DNA of 64,000 nt from a virus. Numbering within the stretch: position 1 is the first letter of the stretch; every line of letters begins with the position of its first letter. Below are positions 52,426-62,154 of this stretch, in pieces. Under the pieces are notes generated by a model. The model had not been told where the DNA came from and ran no database searches. It was given only the letters and a program-made list of their open reading frames with translations. Both the position numbers and the translations under genes were made by a program. The stretch is taken from the IMG/VR virus record IMGVR_UViG_3300035670_010029; one strand, 5' to 3'.

Positions 52426-54675
52426 TTAGAATGTTATTGAACCTGTACCAGTAAATGTGTAGATAGTGTCTTGTCCTACAACGGTAACAGTTGGGGAGCC
52501 TGTAGTAGATGATGCTGCTGCCGAACAGCGTAAAATGACTACTCCTGAGCCTCCATCTCCTCCGTTCGAACCAACGCTTCCGCTTCTACCAGAACCGCCA
52601 CCACCACCGCCTCCAGTGTTGGGTGAGCCGGTACTTCCTGGCGACGATGAGTTGTATGGTCCGGCATTGCCTCCGCCTCCAGTACCTCCAGATCCCACAA
52701 CGCTGTTTTCATGATTACCTCCACCACCACCACCGGCACGAAAAGTTGAATTCCCATCAACAGAGGACAGCAATCCAGCGCCTCCGTTTCCTCCAGCAGC
52801 AGTACCTGTAGAAATACCAGCCTCTCCAGCACCACCACCACCACCTCCATTTGCACCAGTACCACCAGTGCCGCCTCCATAGCCCTGTCCGACAGTTCCA
52901 CTACCACCTGGTGCCGAATACGCGCCACCACCACCGCTACCTCCATCGCCACCTGTACTTGCGGTATTCGGATGACTAAAGCCACCACCTCCACCAACTG
53001 AAGACAAAGAACCAAATACTGAACTGGATCCATCAGATCCTCTGTTTAAAGATGTGCTCCCAACTCCGCCTGCTCCTACTGTAACCGTATAGGTCGTCCC
53101 AGACGTTGGATAGAAGATTGCTTCTGCAACCGAACCACCACCAGACGACTCTCCAGCAACGCTAGATCGGTATCCGCCAGCGCCACCTCCACCACCGCCG
53201 TTGGTTCCTCCACCACCTCCTCCCGCAACCACAAGATACTGTACCTGAACTGGCTGAGGAATCTCAATACCCCACTTCGCCATCAAGTAGGACTCTATGG
53301 CAGTTCGGTCGGTGTCACTGAGAGCAGTATTATAAATTATGATCTCAGCGATGTCTGTTCCGGTGAATGTCTGACTAGGCGCATATTGGTCTCTACAAAT
53401 CGTCAGTCCGTAAGTAGAATTACTTGTGCTAATAGTGCCTGTATTTGTATTGTTAGTAGCAGCAGGACCTCCGTTAGAACGCAAGGAAGACCTAGTAGAT
53501 ACTGTTCCGTTAGTAGGTTTGCTGATAACAGATAGGACACTGAATCCATCAGAGAGAAAACCATTTCCACTATTGTTGTTAGATACTTCCGACGAATTTA
53601 TTCCATTCGCAATCAAGGCAACCACCCTGTCATTTATTTCGCTACCATTTGCGACGTAAAGAGCAAATCCTATGTTGACCGATGAAGTGTCGTAGGTGTT
53701 CAACACCGGCCTGTAATTGCCGGCAGTAGGGCGTTGGAATACAACAAATACCGTACTGTCCGTACTATGCAGAAACTTAAAAGTCTCCGTACTATTAGGA
53801 ACAGAAAGAGAGTCATCACTGCCGTCAAATCGCAGCACATCCTTGCCGCCCTGAATAGCAGTTTTTCGCAACGGCCGACTGCCAGCCGTGCCCTGCGTCA
53901 TGTGTCGCACGTTGCCCGACTTGTCTTCCCACCGTGCCACGCCACCGTCCGCCACGACCAGCGAGCCGCCGCTGGTGGCGTCATAAAGAGTACTAGCATC
54001 TGAGGCATCTAGCCAGAGTTGCAGTCCGCTGATTGTTGGCACCGGCACAAAGAACGGCGTACCACTCACTGTATTACTCCACGTACCACGAGTATAATTA
54101 ATAGCAGCCACTCTAACAGAATGCAACAAACCATTTGTTAAATTATTAGTAATATAACTAGTAGCATTACTTCCAACGAATACACTATTAGCAGATCCTC
54201 CGGAGGGAGTAATTTCAACAAGATAATCAGATACGGCACCACTAGGAGCAAACCAATTCAAGCTTAATGAGCCATCTCCTGGAACAGCTGTTAATCCTGT
54301 TGGCGCAGATAAACCTCCGTCAAAAGTATTCCAATTAGCACCGTCGTCCTCACTGTACTGTAAAATATATTCTGTAATAGGGGCTGTACCAGACCTGGCC
54401 GGAGTACCCCATAATGCTAATAATTGTGAATTTCCTGGTGTTAATGATAGCCCTGTTGGTGCAGACGGAAGAGGGTCGATGGCCGTAACAGAACAGGTTT
54501 GACCATAATTAACCAAATAAATATTATATTGTCCATAAATATCATCACCAATTCTAATATAGGGTATATTTTGTACGCCAAGATCAACTGGGGTAGAAGG
54601 ATTGTTGATAGAATAAAACGTAATTAGACCAGACTGTCCGCTATAATTATTTGAATCTATTTGTATTCTTGGCAT
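52426..54675 (-). CDS. Appendage protein: N-terminal anchor module + 1.5 FN3 + LamG-like + glycine-rich C-terminal domain
   Basis: Contains LQLWLDASD and a glycine-rich domain (VQYLVVAGGGGGG..YTVTVGAGG..GGSGVVILR..YTFTGTGSITF). Confidence 0.8.
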   Translation of the reverse strand: MPRIQIDSNNYSGQSGLITFYSINNPSTPVDLGVQNIPYIRIGDDIYGQYNIYLVNYGQTCSVTAIDPLPSAPTGLSLTPGNSQLLALWGTPARSGTAPITEYILQYSEDDGANWNTFDGGLSAPTGLTAVPGDGSLSLNWFAPSGAVSDYLVEITPSGGSANSVFVGSNATSYITNNLTNGLLHSVRVAAINYTRGTWSNTVSGTPFFVPVPTISGLQLWLDASDASTLYDATSGGSLVVADGGVARWEDKSGNVRHMTQGTAGSRPLRKTAIQGGKDVLRFDGSDDSLSVPNSTETFKFLHSTDSTVFVVFQRPTAGNYRPVLNTYDTSSVNIGFALYVANGSEINDRVVALIANGINSSEVSNNNSGNGFLSDGFSVLSVISKPTNGTVSTRSSLRSNGGPAATNNTNTGTISTSNSTYGLTICRDQYAPSQTFTGTDIAEIIIYNTALSDTDRTAIESYLMAKWGIEIPQPVQVQYLVVAGGGGGGTNGGGGGGAGGYRSSVAGESSGGGSVAEAIFYPTSGTTYTVTVGAGGVGSTSLNRGSDGSSSVFGSLSSVGGGGGFSHPNTASTGGDGGSGGGGAYSAPGGSGTVGQGYGGGTGGTGANGGGGGGAGEAGISTGTAAGGNGGAGLLSSVDGNSTFRAGGGGGGNHENSVVGSGGTGGGGNAGPYNSSSPGSTGSPNTGGGGGGGSGRSGSVGSNGGDGGSGVVILRCSAAASSTTGSPTVTVVGQDTIYTFTGTGSITF
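53911..54021 (+). repeat. Diverged repeat of the LamG-like N-terminal segment, copy B
   Basis: About 85% identical to 51777..51887. Confidence 0.85.
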
Positions 54676-54741
54676 AATAATCGATCTTTCGGCTGGTCTT
54701 ATTTTAGAATTGATTATTTATTTAAACGAGCATATTCATAG

Positions 54742-54749
54742 TATACACC
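54742..54749 (-). promoter_or_regulatory. GGTGTAT(A/T) motif
   Basis: Intergenic, upstream of the 54675 start. Confidence 0.6.
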
Positions 54750-54754
54750 CATAA

Positions 54755-55468
54755 TTAGTCCCACCAAGTGTATATTTTGGACTTGTCATATACATAGTTT
54801 GATGTATTTATTATATCTGGCAAGTTAGATACTGTAAAGTCGCAAGACGGATTAATCAAGCCGCTAGCAACAAAGTCACACGGTAATGACAAAATAACTG
54901 GATTAGAACCAGAGCTATAAATACCAGTACCATAAAGATTAACCGCAGCTACTCTAGCTATATAAGTATTATTAGGCGATAGTCCTGTAATATTAATATT
55001 TGTAGATATATTAATATCATCTATATAAGTAGTCCAATTCGCTCCGCTATTAGACGAATATTGAATAATATAATCAGTAATTAATGATCCTCCATTATCA
55101 GGAGCAGACCATAGCAAGTTTAGACTATAATTATTATTATCTGATAGCAAGAGGTCGGTAGGAGCCAAAGGAGCAGTAGGAGGAGGTGGCGCTGGTGTCG
55201 TTGTTGTCGTAGGCGCTGGTGTCGTTGTTGTCGTAGGTGCTGGTGTTGTTGTAACCACAGGAGTAGTAGAGTTAATTACAACCGAACAAGTTGTATCATA
55301 GTCACCAAAATAGATTTGATATGTTCCATATATATCAGTAGCGTTACGAATGTATGGAATAAATCTCAGACCCAAATCAACAGGTTCGCTCGGGCTATTG
55401 CTAGAAAAAAAGGTGACTAGTCCTGATTGGCCACTGTAGTTTGTAGAATCTATCTTTATTCTGGGCAT
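54755..55468 (-). CDS. Appendage protein: N-terminal anchor module + Thr/Pro linker + FN3 (start moved to ATG 55468)
   Basis: The MPRIKIDS start matches its paralog MPRIQIDS at 54675. The track's TTG start at 55480 overlaps the upstream gene. Confidence 0.8.
   Translation of the reverse strand: MPRIKIDSTNYSGQSGLVTFFSSNSPSEPVDLGLRFIPYIRNATDIYGTYQIYFGDYDTTCSVVINSTTPVVTTTPAPTTTTTPAPTTTTTPAPPPPTAPLAPTDLLLSDNNNYSLNLLWSAPDNGGSLITDYIIQYSSNSGANWTTYIDDINISTNINITGLSPNNTYIARVAAVNLYGTGIYSSGSNPVILSLPCDFVASGLINPSCDFTVSNLPDIINTSNYVYDKSKIYTWWD
55191..55250 (-). repeat. 24-bp tandem repeat (~2.5 copies) encoding PTTTTTPA
   Basis: gctggtgtcgttgttgtcgtagg(c/t) is repeated. Confidence 0.9.
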
Positions 55469-55473
55469 ATTAT

Positions 55474-58400
55474 TTAACAACCATAAAAACGTTTACGAGT
55501 ATAAGTATACCCAGCTCCACTATACTGATTACTCCAAACACTAAATTTAATAAACCACATTTTACCTGTAGAAATTTGTCTCATAATTAATTCATCATTT
55601 ACTATATAATTACCAATACCTCCACCACCCCAAATGTAGTAAAAACTAGACCAAGAACGACCCGATAAGTCGCACTCATTAGTCCAAGATCTAGTCCATT
55701 CTGTGTCTGATGGTCCGTTTCCATCCCAGCCGGTCTGATTCACAGCATTGTATAATCCTTGAGCCGACCCTCTTGTTAAATGCAAAGACCCAGGAACAAT
55801 ATAGTCTATAGTAGACGGAAAAGCATAATTCGCTTCTGTAACAGTTAGGGTGGGACCAAATCCTGTTGCTGTTCCTGGTGTTCCCGTAAGAGTGTTAGAA
55901 GGCTGTCCACTACCCACTGAATTGGTTGCCTTAACCCTAACAGTATATGTAGTGCCGTTAGTTAAACCAGTTATAGTATAATTACTAGAGCTAACTCCTA
56001 TTATAGCACTAGATGCTGTCCAGTTAGTACCATCTGTAGACCACTCTACAATATAGCTTATTGGTTGAGGAATAATACTTACATCATTAAGAGATAATGG
56101 TGTCCAGTATACATCTAATGAAGTAGATGATTCGGGTAAAACATGCGTTAATGTTGGTGCTGTAGACGGAGCCGAATTGTCGCAATTTAAAAATTCTTGT
56201 CTAGTATAAGCAAACCCTCCTCCTTGTGCTCCTTGTTGCCAACTAGAAAAATCTATTTTCCAATATCTATTAGTTGGAACGTGTTTCATAACCAGATCAG
56301 CACCCAAAACATTATTACCAATTCTATACTGTAAAACATTTACAAAAGTGGTCCAATCTGTTCTGGTTCCAAGACCACAAAAATTATTCCAGCCCACCGC
56401 CCACTGAGTATTACTGGGTGAAACAGAAGAATTCCATCCTGTTTCTCCAGCAGCCGGATTGTAAATACCGTTTTGGTTAGCACGCGTAATAGATAAAGCT
56501 CCTGGAATAATAGTATCTATCTCTGAGCCATAATTAGATTTGGTAAATGATACAGAAGGACCAAAAGCACTAAACGCCGGCACAACAGCATCTGACCAAG
56601 CTGTCCAATCACTGTCTCCTGCAGAATTGGTGGCTTTTACCCTAAAAACATAGGATGTACCATTAACCAATCCGGTCACATTGTATAGGAAATTATTTGT
56701 AGTAGCCGACCCCAATACTGTTGAACCTCCGTTTGATGACCATTCTACGGTATATGTTGTTAGAGGTCCCTTGTAGGACCACTCCAAACTTGCTCCATTA
56801 TTTAATGGATAAACAGTAAGATTGGTTGGGGTGTCTGGAGTATTTATAACAGCAAGAAATTGCATTTCAGCAATCCATGCCCGACTAGCTTCTGTGCCAG
56901 GACCATCTGCCCTAGCAGCTGACACAAATAATCTATAATATCTATAGTTTCCAGGACTTGCAACAACAAATTGACCGTAAGGATTATTAGCAGGAGAGGA
57001 TGAGGTGACTAATGGTAAATAAACATTATTCCTAGTGTCTATTGTTTGCCAAGTTCCAAACGTGCTGTTGCCTGCATTATTAGGTAAATTTGTCCAATCT
57101 GATTCAGTATTTGAGCCTTGTAGTATCCAGTTTGTTGGGGTGTTTTGATTACCGGTATTTCGCCACATACGATAACGCAATACTTGCTGGCTGATTCCGA
57201 AATCAATACCAAAAGCACGATTTAATGATGTTGCTTTCCATTGATTGTCATTGTTGTCTGTCAAATTATTGTCAAAAATTTTATTAGCAGTAGATGTGGA
57301 GTACCAGCTATCGTCTTGGCCAAAAGATACTCCTGCATACATTGGCCTAATAGAAGGATTAGGGAACGATGCTGTTGCTAAGATGAAATCAGAGGTGTAC
57401 CTAGCTACATAATTAGTAATTCTGAGTTCATCCAAATATCCGTTGAAAGATCTATTAGTTCCAGTGGTTTGTCCTCCAATAATTAGTTTATCATTTGCAT
57501 TGTAATATAAAGAACCACTAAATCCATATGTATTTATTAACACACCATCAATAAATACTAATAAACTATTATTGTTACGTACTACAGCTATATGTGTCCA
57601 TGTACTCAACGGTATTGTAGTAACAGACGAAATTCCTATTACGTTCCAGTTGCTCCCATTATTAGAAGAATATATAGATAACTCTCCAGAAGGACCAAGA
57701 CCAATACTAATCGCTGCATAAGTATCTGCGTCTCGACTCTGTACAAGCCTGGAATAATTAGGATTATAGCTAGATGGATTTATCCAAAATTCTATAGTAA
57801 AATTATTACTAGCAAAATTAAAATCATTACTCATACCAACAGATAAAGAATCTCCGTTACCGTCAAAATAAATACTGCCTCCACCAAACCGGCTCTGAGA
57901 TGTACTAATAGAAACATCTCCGGTAAGCATAATAGTTTTTATTTCAGTGCTGGCGTCAACGATAGAAGTAGAACCATTTGAGCCGTCTCCGTGTAGTAGT
58001 AAACTAACATTATATTCATACGGATCAGAACCAACACCAACCCCAAAATCTCCCCCAATGAGTCTCTGAGGTTGAACAGACGACGGGGTTATAGGACCTA
58101 CAATGTTGCTATAGGAACTACTGCCAATAATATTGTTTGCTCTAATACTACAATAATAAGGGGTTCCGTTTGATAATCCTGTGATAGTATACGAGGTAGG
58201 CAAGGTAGGCTCGGATATCGACAAATTATTGACGTTTGCTCCAGACATATCAGAGTTTATAGAATATGCTATATCATAACTTGTTATATCAGATCCTCCA
58301 TTGAAAGCATTGTCCCAAAATAATTCAATAGACTGATCTCCATACAAAGCGTCTACACTTAAAGCAGGAGTAAACGGGGGTGTCTCTTGTTCCACAACAG

Positions 58401-59190
58401 AAAATGGAATACTAGGAGCAGTAAAATTAGAAGTATATCTTGCTACTCCAATAGAAAATCTAAGCTCTGTCATATGACCAACAAAAGACTGATTATCATA
58501 ATTTCCTATTCTAATAGTAGTAGCTGTGTGTATTTTAGTTGTGTTCGCTGTAGAGCCGTATTGAACGCCATTTACAAAACACTTTAGAGAAGTTCCAGAT
58601 TTGACAAAGACAATATGGTGCCAAGAACCAGCACTAACATTAATTCCGCCGGTTATATTGCCAAAAACCCAATTGCCGAAACCTCCGTCAGCAAAAATTC
58701 TTCCGTCATTATCAAAACCAAATACTGCTCCGTCTCCACTGTTTTTATATGTGCTGAATAATGTATAGTATCCATTGGGTTGTCTTTTGATTGGCTTAAA
58801 CCAACACTCAATAGTATAGTCTTTACTATTTATGCTTAGGTTTGTATTGCTGCTTGTAACAATAGAAGCATATGATCCATTAACATCAGAGTAATCATCA
58901 TTATAAATAGCATTAACTGGAAAATTATTAGGACCAACAATAATTTGTTTAGTAAACTTAGTGATATTTAGAGATATAGCAAAGTTAGACACATCTGTTA
59001 TATTTGCTGTTCTAGAAGTTAACAATAGGCTATTGCTATCAAAATATATATCTTTTGATGCTTCCACAGAACCTGGCCAGACACCAGCTTCTCTAAGAGC
59101 ATACACTTCATTTATTCCCCAAACCCCGTTATTATTGTTGTCTCCAATATATTTAGGGTCTAGCTTATTAAAGCGGCCACCATACATCAT
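55474..59190 (-). CDS. Multidomain lectin-like appendage protein: 2 LamG, 3 FN3, 1 discoidin/F5-8C-like and 2 copies of a ~130-aa module
   Basis: N-terminal GVWGINEVY..WP. LamG motifs DYTIECWF and NFTIEFWI. Discoidin-like PTNWILQGSN..YRYYRL..IAEMQF. Duplicated ITR...GIYN...LVM...W.I.FS.W...F.YTR module. Confidence 0.8.
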   Translation of the reverse strand: MMYGGRFNKLDPKYIGDNNNNGVWGINEVYALREAGVWPGSVEASKDIYFDSNSLLLTSRTANITDVSNFAISLNITKFTKQIIVGPNNFPVNAIYNDDYSDVNGSYASIVTSSNTNLSINSKDYTIECWFKPIKRQPNGYYTLFSTYKNSGDGAVFGFDNDGRIFADGGFGNWVFGNITGGINVSAGSWHHIVFVKSGTSLKCFVNGVQYGSTANTTKIHTATTIRIGNYDNQSFVGHMTELRFSIGVARYTSNFTAPSIPFSVVEQETPPFTPALSVDALYGDQSIELFWDNAFNGGSDITSYDIAYSINSDMSGANVNNLSISEPTLPTSYTITGLSNGTPYYCSIRANNIIGSSSYSNIVGPITPSSVQPQRLIGGDFGVGVGSDPYEYNVSLLLHGDGSNGSTSIVDASTEIKTIMLTGDVSISTSQSRFGGGSIYFDGNGDSLSVGMSNDFNFASNNFTIEFWINPSSYNPNYSRLVQSRDADTYAAISIGLGPSGELSIYSSNNGSNWNVIGISSVTTIPLSTWTHIAVVRNNNSLLVFIDGVLINTYGFSGSLYYNANDKLIIGGQTTGTNRSFNGYLDELRITNYVARYTSDFILATASFPNPSIRPMYAGVSFGQDDSWYSTSTANKIFDNNLTDNNDNQWKATSLNRAFGIDFGISQQVLRYRMWRNTGNQNTPTNWILQGSNTESDWTNLPNNAGNSTFGTWQTIDTRNNVYLPLVTSSSPANNPYGQFVVASPGNYRYYRLFVSAARADGPGTEASRAWIAEMQFLAVINTPDTPTNLTVYPLNNGASLEWSYKGPLTTYTVEWSSNGGSTVLGSATTNNFLYNVTGLVNGTSYVFRVKATNSAGDSDWTAWSDAVVPAFSAFGPSVSFTKSNYGSEIDTIIPGALSITRANQNGIYNPAAGETGWNSSVSPSNTQWAVGWNNFCGLGTRTDWTTFVNVLQYRIGNNVLGADLVMKHVPTNRYWKIDFSSWQQGAQGGGFAYTRQEFLNCDNSAPSTAPTLTHVLPESSTSLDVYWTPLSLNDVSIIPQPISYIVEWSTDGTNWTASSAIIGVSSSNYTITGLTNGTTYTVRVKATNSVGSGQPSNTLTGTPGTATGFGPTLTVTEANYAFPSTIDYIVPGSLHLTRGSAQGLYNAVNQTGWDGNGPSDTEWTRSWTNECDLSGRSWSSFYYIWGGGGIGNYIVNDELIMRQISTGKMWFIKFSVWSNQYSGAGYTYTRKRFYGC

Positions 59191-59558
59191 GATATTACCT
59201 CATAGCTTACTACAATACTTAAACCAGATGGTATACTAGATGTGGCTCTAATAGATCTAGCCTCATTTAGATATACTGGTGCATGTTGTGATACCGGCAC
59301 GACCGATTGGCTGTGAGGAACGTTCATATTTTTAGTAAAATAAGCCATAATTGATGAGCTTGAGTTATTGTATAAATCAATAGTAAGATCAGCATCATCT
59401 GTTGGATGAATATTAGACACATAAATAGTATTAATTTTATATACGAATCCGCTACTATCGTTGTTTACTAAGATACCGGTTGGTGTGGTAGGAATATTTA
59501 CGATTCCTTCTCCTATACCATAAACATTATTAAGATTTTTTAAGTCTGGGTTGGCCAT
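59187..59558 (-). CDS. Small beta-sandwich virion protein (MANP.. type), probable docking adaptor
   Basis: MANPD..SSGFVYKINTIYVSNI..VYLNE..VVSYEVIS. ATGA coupling to the following lectin gene. AGGAG Shine-Dalgarno. Confidence 0.6.
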   Translation of the reverse strand: MANPDLKNLNNVYGIGEGIVNIPTTPTGILVNNDSSGFVYKINTIYVSNIHPTDDADLTIDLYNNSSSSIMAYFTKNMNVPHSQSVVPVSQHAPVYLNEARSIRATSSIPSGLSIVVSYEVIS

Positions 59559-59583
59559 ATAACTATATCTCCTTTTACTTGTT

Positions 59584-59591
59584 AATACACC
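59584..59591 (-). promoter_or_regulatory. GGTGTAT(A/T) motif
   Basis: Intergenic, upstream of the 59558 start. Confidence 0.6.
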
Positions 59592-59632
59592 TTTGTGGAT
59601 GTGTGAAATAAATATCGTTCAATATTAGAAAA

Positions 59633-61234
59633 TTAGGATGTTCCTGTATTTATGTCGTAATTAAGCTCGTAAATTGTATTCTTGGCATTCTCAATATAAA
59701 CTAGATTCATAATTTGATATACATAGTTTGACGAAATAACATCCGGCAATATTTCTGATGTAAGATCACACAATGGAGCCTGAGATAGATATCCGCTATT
59801 AGAAGCTAAACTATAACTGCCCGTTCCAAAAATATTGACAGCAGCAACACGAGCAACATATGTATTGTCTGGTACAAGTCCTGTTAGCTTAATGTTGGTA
59901 CCTGTACTAACAATATCGGTATATGAAGTCCAGGATAAGCCATTATCATTGGAGTATTGGATAATATAATCGACAATATCAGAACCACCATTGTATGGTT
60001 CATTCCAAGATAGTATAAGTCTGGCCGGAAGTTCTGTAATAAATACACTATCTGGCGCATTCGGCACTGTAGCAGGGATACCTGTAATAAACGAACTATA
60101 CAAACCAGTACCTAATATATTTATAGCAGCAACACTGAAAAAATAACCTGTTCCGTTTGACAGACTAGTGAAAGTGTAGTCTGTGATTGTGCTATTTGTG
60201 TTTACTAACAAAGGCTCATTATTACCAGAACTATATTGTATACTATAGTTCAAAATATTTCTGCCACCATTAAAAGGGGCTTGCCAAGATAATTGTATGG
60301 TACTATCCCCGGTAACAGCAGATAAGTTAGTTGGTGTGTCAGGTATGGTGGCTGGTATGCCCGAGGTGATACTATAATTACCAGTAGCAAAACTATTAAT
60401 GGCGGCTATTCTTATAGTATATAATGAACCATTATTTAATCCGCTAAGCACATGTAGTAGCTGGTTTGTTCTTCCTAATAAAAACGAAACTGGAGATTGA
60501 TTGTTTTCAGTATATTCTACAACATAATCTATAATATCGTCGCCATTATCATCTAAAGGAGTATTCCAAGATAAACCCAAGGTAGTATTGCCAAACTCGT
60601 TGTTCAGATCAACGGGGGGCGTTGGTCCTGTAATGGGTGTGCCTGTGATTGGAAAGGGGCCTTTTGGAGGTTCAAAATTATTCAGATATCGTGCTCCACT
60701 AACACCTTTGGTTATTCTAAAGTCATCAATATATCCTAAATATTGCTCGTTTAACGGAGGATAGTTTCCTATATAAATAGGAGCAGGAATATTTGTGTTT
60801 GTGATATTAGAAGATAGCACACCAGTACCGTTAAGATAGAGCTTAAGATTGCCTGTTTGATATACGGCGGCTATGTGATTCCATGCTCCCGACACAGGGC
60901 TTGTGTTACCCGTATAAGCCACACCATTATAAAAAGATAAGTTCCCATTAGAGCTATTTAAATATACGCCCCAAGCGCACCCAGAAGCTTCTGATCTTTT
61001 GGCCACAATTGTACGATTAGAGCTATAATTCCCAGAAGGCTTAATCCAGCACTCAATAGTATACTCATTATCTGCTAAATTAAAGTCCTTATTATCATCA
61101 ATATACAAAAAACTGCCCAAATCTGGACAGTACAAACTAGCAGAACCAAACTTACCGTATCCGCTAGCTATAGTGGCATTACCACTAATAGATATGTTTT
61201 TAGGTTTAGGAGAATAATCGTTAATAACGGCCAT
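59633..61234 (-). CDS. LamG-like domain (lacking its first strand) + 3 FN3
   Basis: KFGSASLY..EYTIECWIKP..WNHIAAV..YIDDFRITKG, followed by three FN3 repeats. Confidence 0.8.
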   Translation of the reverse strand: MAVINDYSPKPKNISISGNATIASGYGKFGSASLYCPDLGSFLYIDDNKDFNLADNEYTIECWIKPSGNYSSNRTIVAKRSEASGCAWGVYLNSSNGNLSFYNGVAYTGNTSPVSGAWNHIAAVYQTGNLKLYLNGTGVLSSNITNTNIPAPIYIGNYPPLNEQYLGYIDDFRITKGVSGARYLNNFEPPKGPFPITGTPITGPTPPVDLNNEFGNTTLGLSWNTPLDDNGDDIIDYVVEYTENNQSPVSFLLGRTNQLLHVLSGLNNGSLYTIRIAAINSFATGNYSITSGIPATIPDTPTNLSAVTGDSTIQLSWQAPFNGGRNILNYSIQYSSGNNEPLLVNTNSTITDYTFTSLSNGTGYFFSVAAINILGTGLYSSFITGIPATVPNAPDSVFITELPARLILSWNEPYNGGSDIVDYIIQYSNDNGLSWTSYTDIVSTGTNIKLTGLVPDNTYVARVAAVNIFGTGSYSLASNSGYLSQAPLCDLTSEILPDVISSNYVYQIMNLVYIENAKNTIYELNYDINTGTS

Positions 61235-61270
61235 TATTGGTCCTTAAAATAGAATGCAACCTCAGAAAAT

Positions 61271-61289
61271 AATACACCCTTTATACACT
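61271..61289 (-). promoter_or_regulatory. GGTGTAT(A/T) motif preceded by an AGTGTATA variant
   Basis: Intergenic, upstream of the 61234 start. Confidence 0.6.
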
Positions 61290-62146
61290 TATAGTAAGTC
61301 ACCCATTCTTAATACTACTCTTGTCTTGTTATGCAGATTGTCGAAGGGAGTCTCGTAAGTAAAGGGCTGTTGATTGTGTATACTTTGCAAAGATTTGTTC
61401 AATGACGATATACGATAAAAATATGATGTTGTGTTATAAATATCAGAAGATTGATAGTATGTTGTGCCGGAAGGTAGTCTATCTATAACAATCCAATTAG
61501 ATCCATTAATACTATACTCTATTATATATTCGGTTAAATCTGTCTTTGGTTCTTCCCAAGTTAATCCTATTAGTTGGTCTGTCTCAGGATAAGCATAAAA
61601 AGTGGTAATTGGAGATGGCTTACTAATTGGCACCAAGCCAGTAATCATGTTAGAAAACAAACCTGTTCCTACGCTATTAATAGCAGCAACACGTATAGAG
61701 TAAGGGTTATTGTTGATCAAATTGAACAGAATATACTTGTTGTCTGTGCCTTCGGTATTTACGTAAACTGATTCTTCATTATTTTTATAATACTCTATAA
61801 TATAGTCTTTAATAAAACATCTTCCATCCTCCTGCGGAGGATCCCAATATAGGTCTAGTTTACGATCTCCTGTAATCGCAACTAAATTTATTGGAGTCGA
61901 TGGAGGCGACCCAAGAACCATACCAGAAACAACATTAGAATACAGTCCAGTTCCTACACTATTAGATGATGCTACTCTAAAACGATAAAATGAACAATCG
62001 TCTAAACCTGAAACAAATCCGGATGTTTGTGTGCTAATTCCATCGTTATATATTTTCCAGTCTTCGTCGTGTAAACTATACTCAATAATATAGTCATCTA
62101 CAACAGAGTTTGATGGAGCATCCCATGATAAAAGAAATTGTTTCAT
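61289..62146 (-). CDS. Three-FN3 protein (first FN3 lacks strand A)
   Basis: LSWDAP..YIIEYS..FRVASSN, repeated three times. Confidence 0.8.
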   Translation of the reverse strand: MKQFLLSWDAPSNSVVDDYIIEYSLHDEDWKIYNDGISTQTSGFVSGLDDCSFYRFRVASSNSVGTGLYSNVVSGMVLGSPPSTPINLVAITGDRKLDLYWDPPQEDGRCFIKDYIIEYYKNNEESVYVNTEGTDNKYILFNLINNNPYSIRVAAINSVGTGLFSNMITGLVPISKPSPITTFYAYPETDQLIGLTWEEPKTDLTEYIIEYSINGSNWIVIDRLPSGTTYYQSSDIYNTTSYFYRISSLNKSLQSIHNQQPFTYETPFDNLHNKTRVVLRMGDLL

Positions 62147-62154
62147 GTGTACTT

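Noticed and set aside
52520-53230. GC-rich CCA/CCG-rich tract as a repeat array or foreign island
   Set aside because: It is largely explained by glycine codons of the glycine-rich domain.
51777-54021. LamG-like repeat pair as a DGR TR/VR
   Set aside because: Mismatches include G/C changes and are mostly at third codon positions, which fits ordinary paralog divergence.
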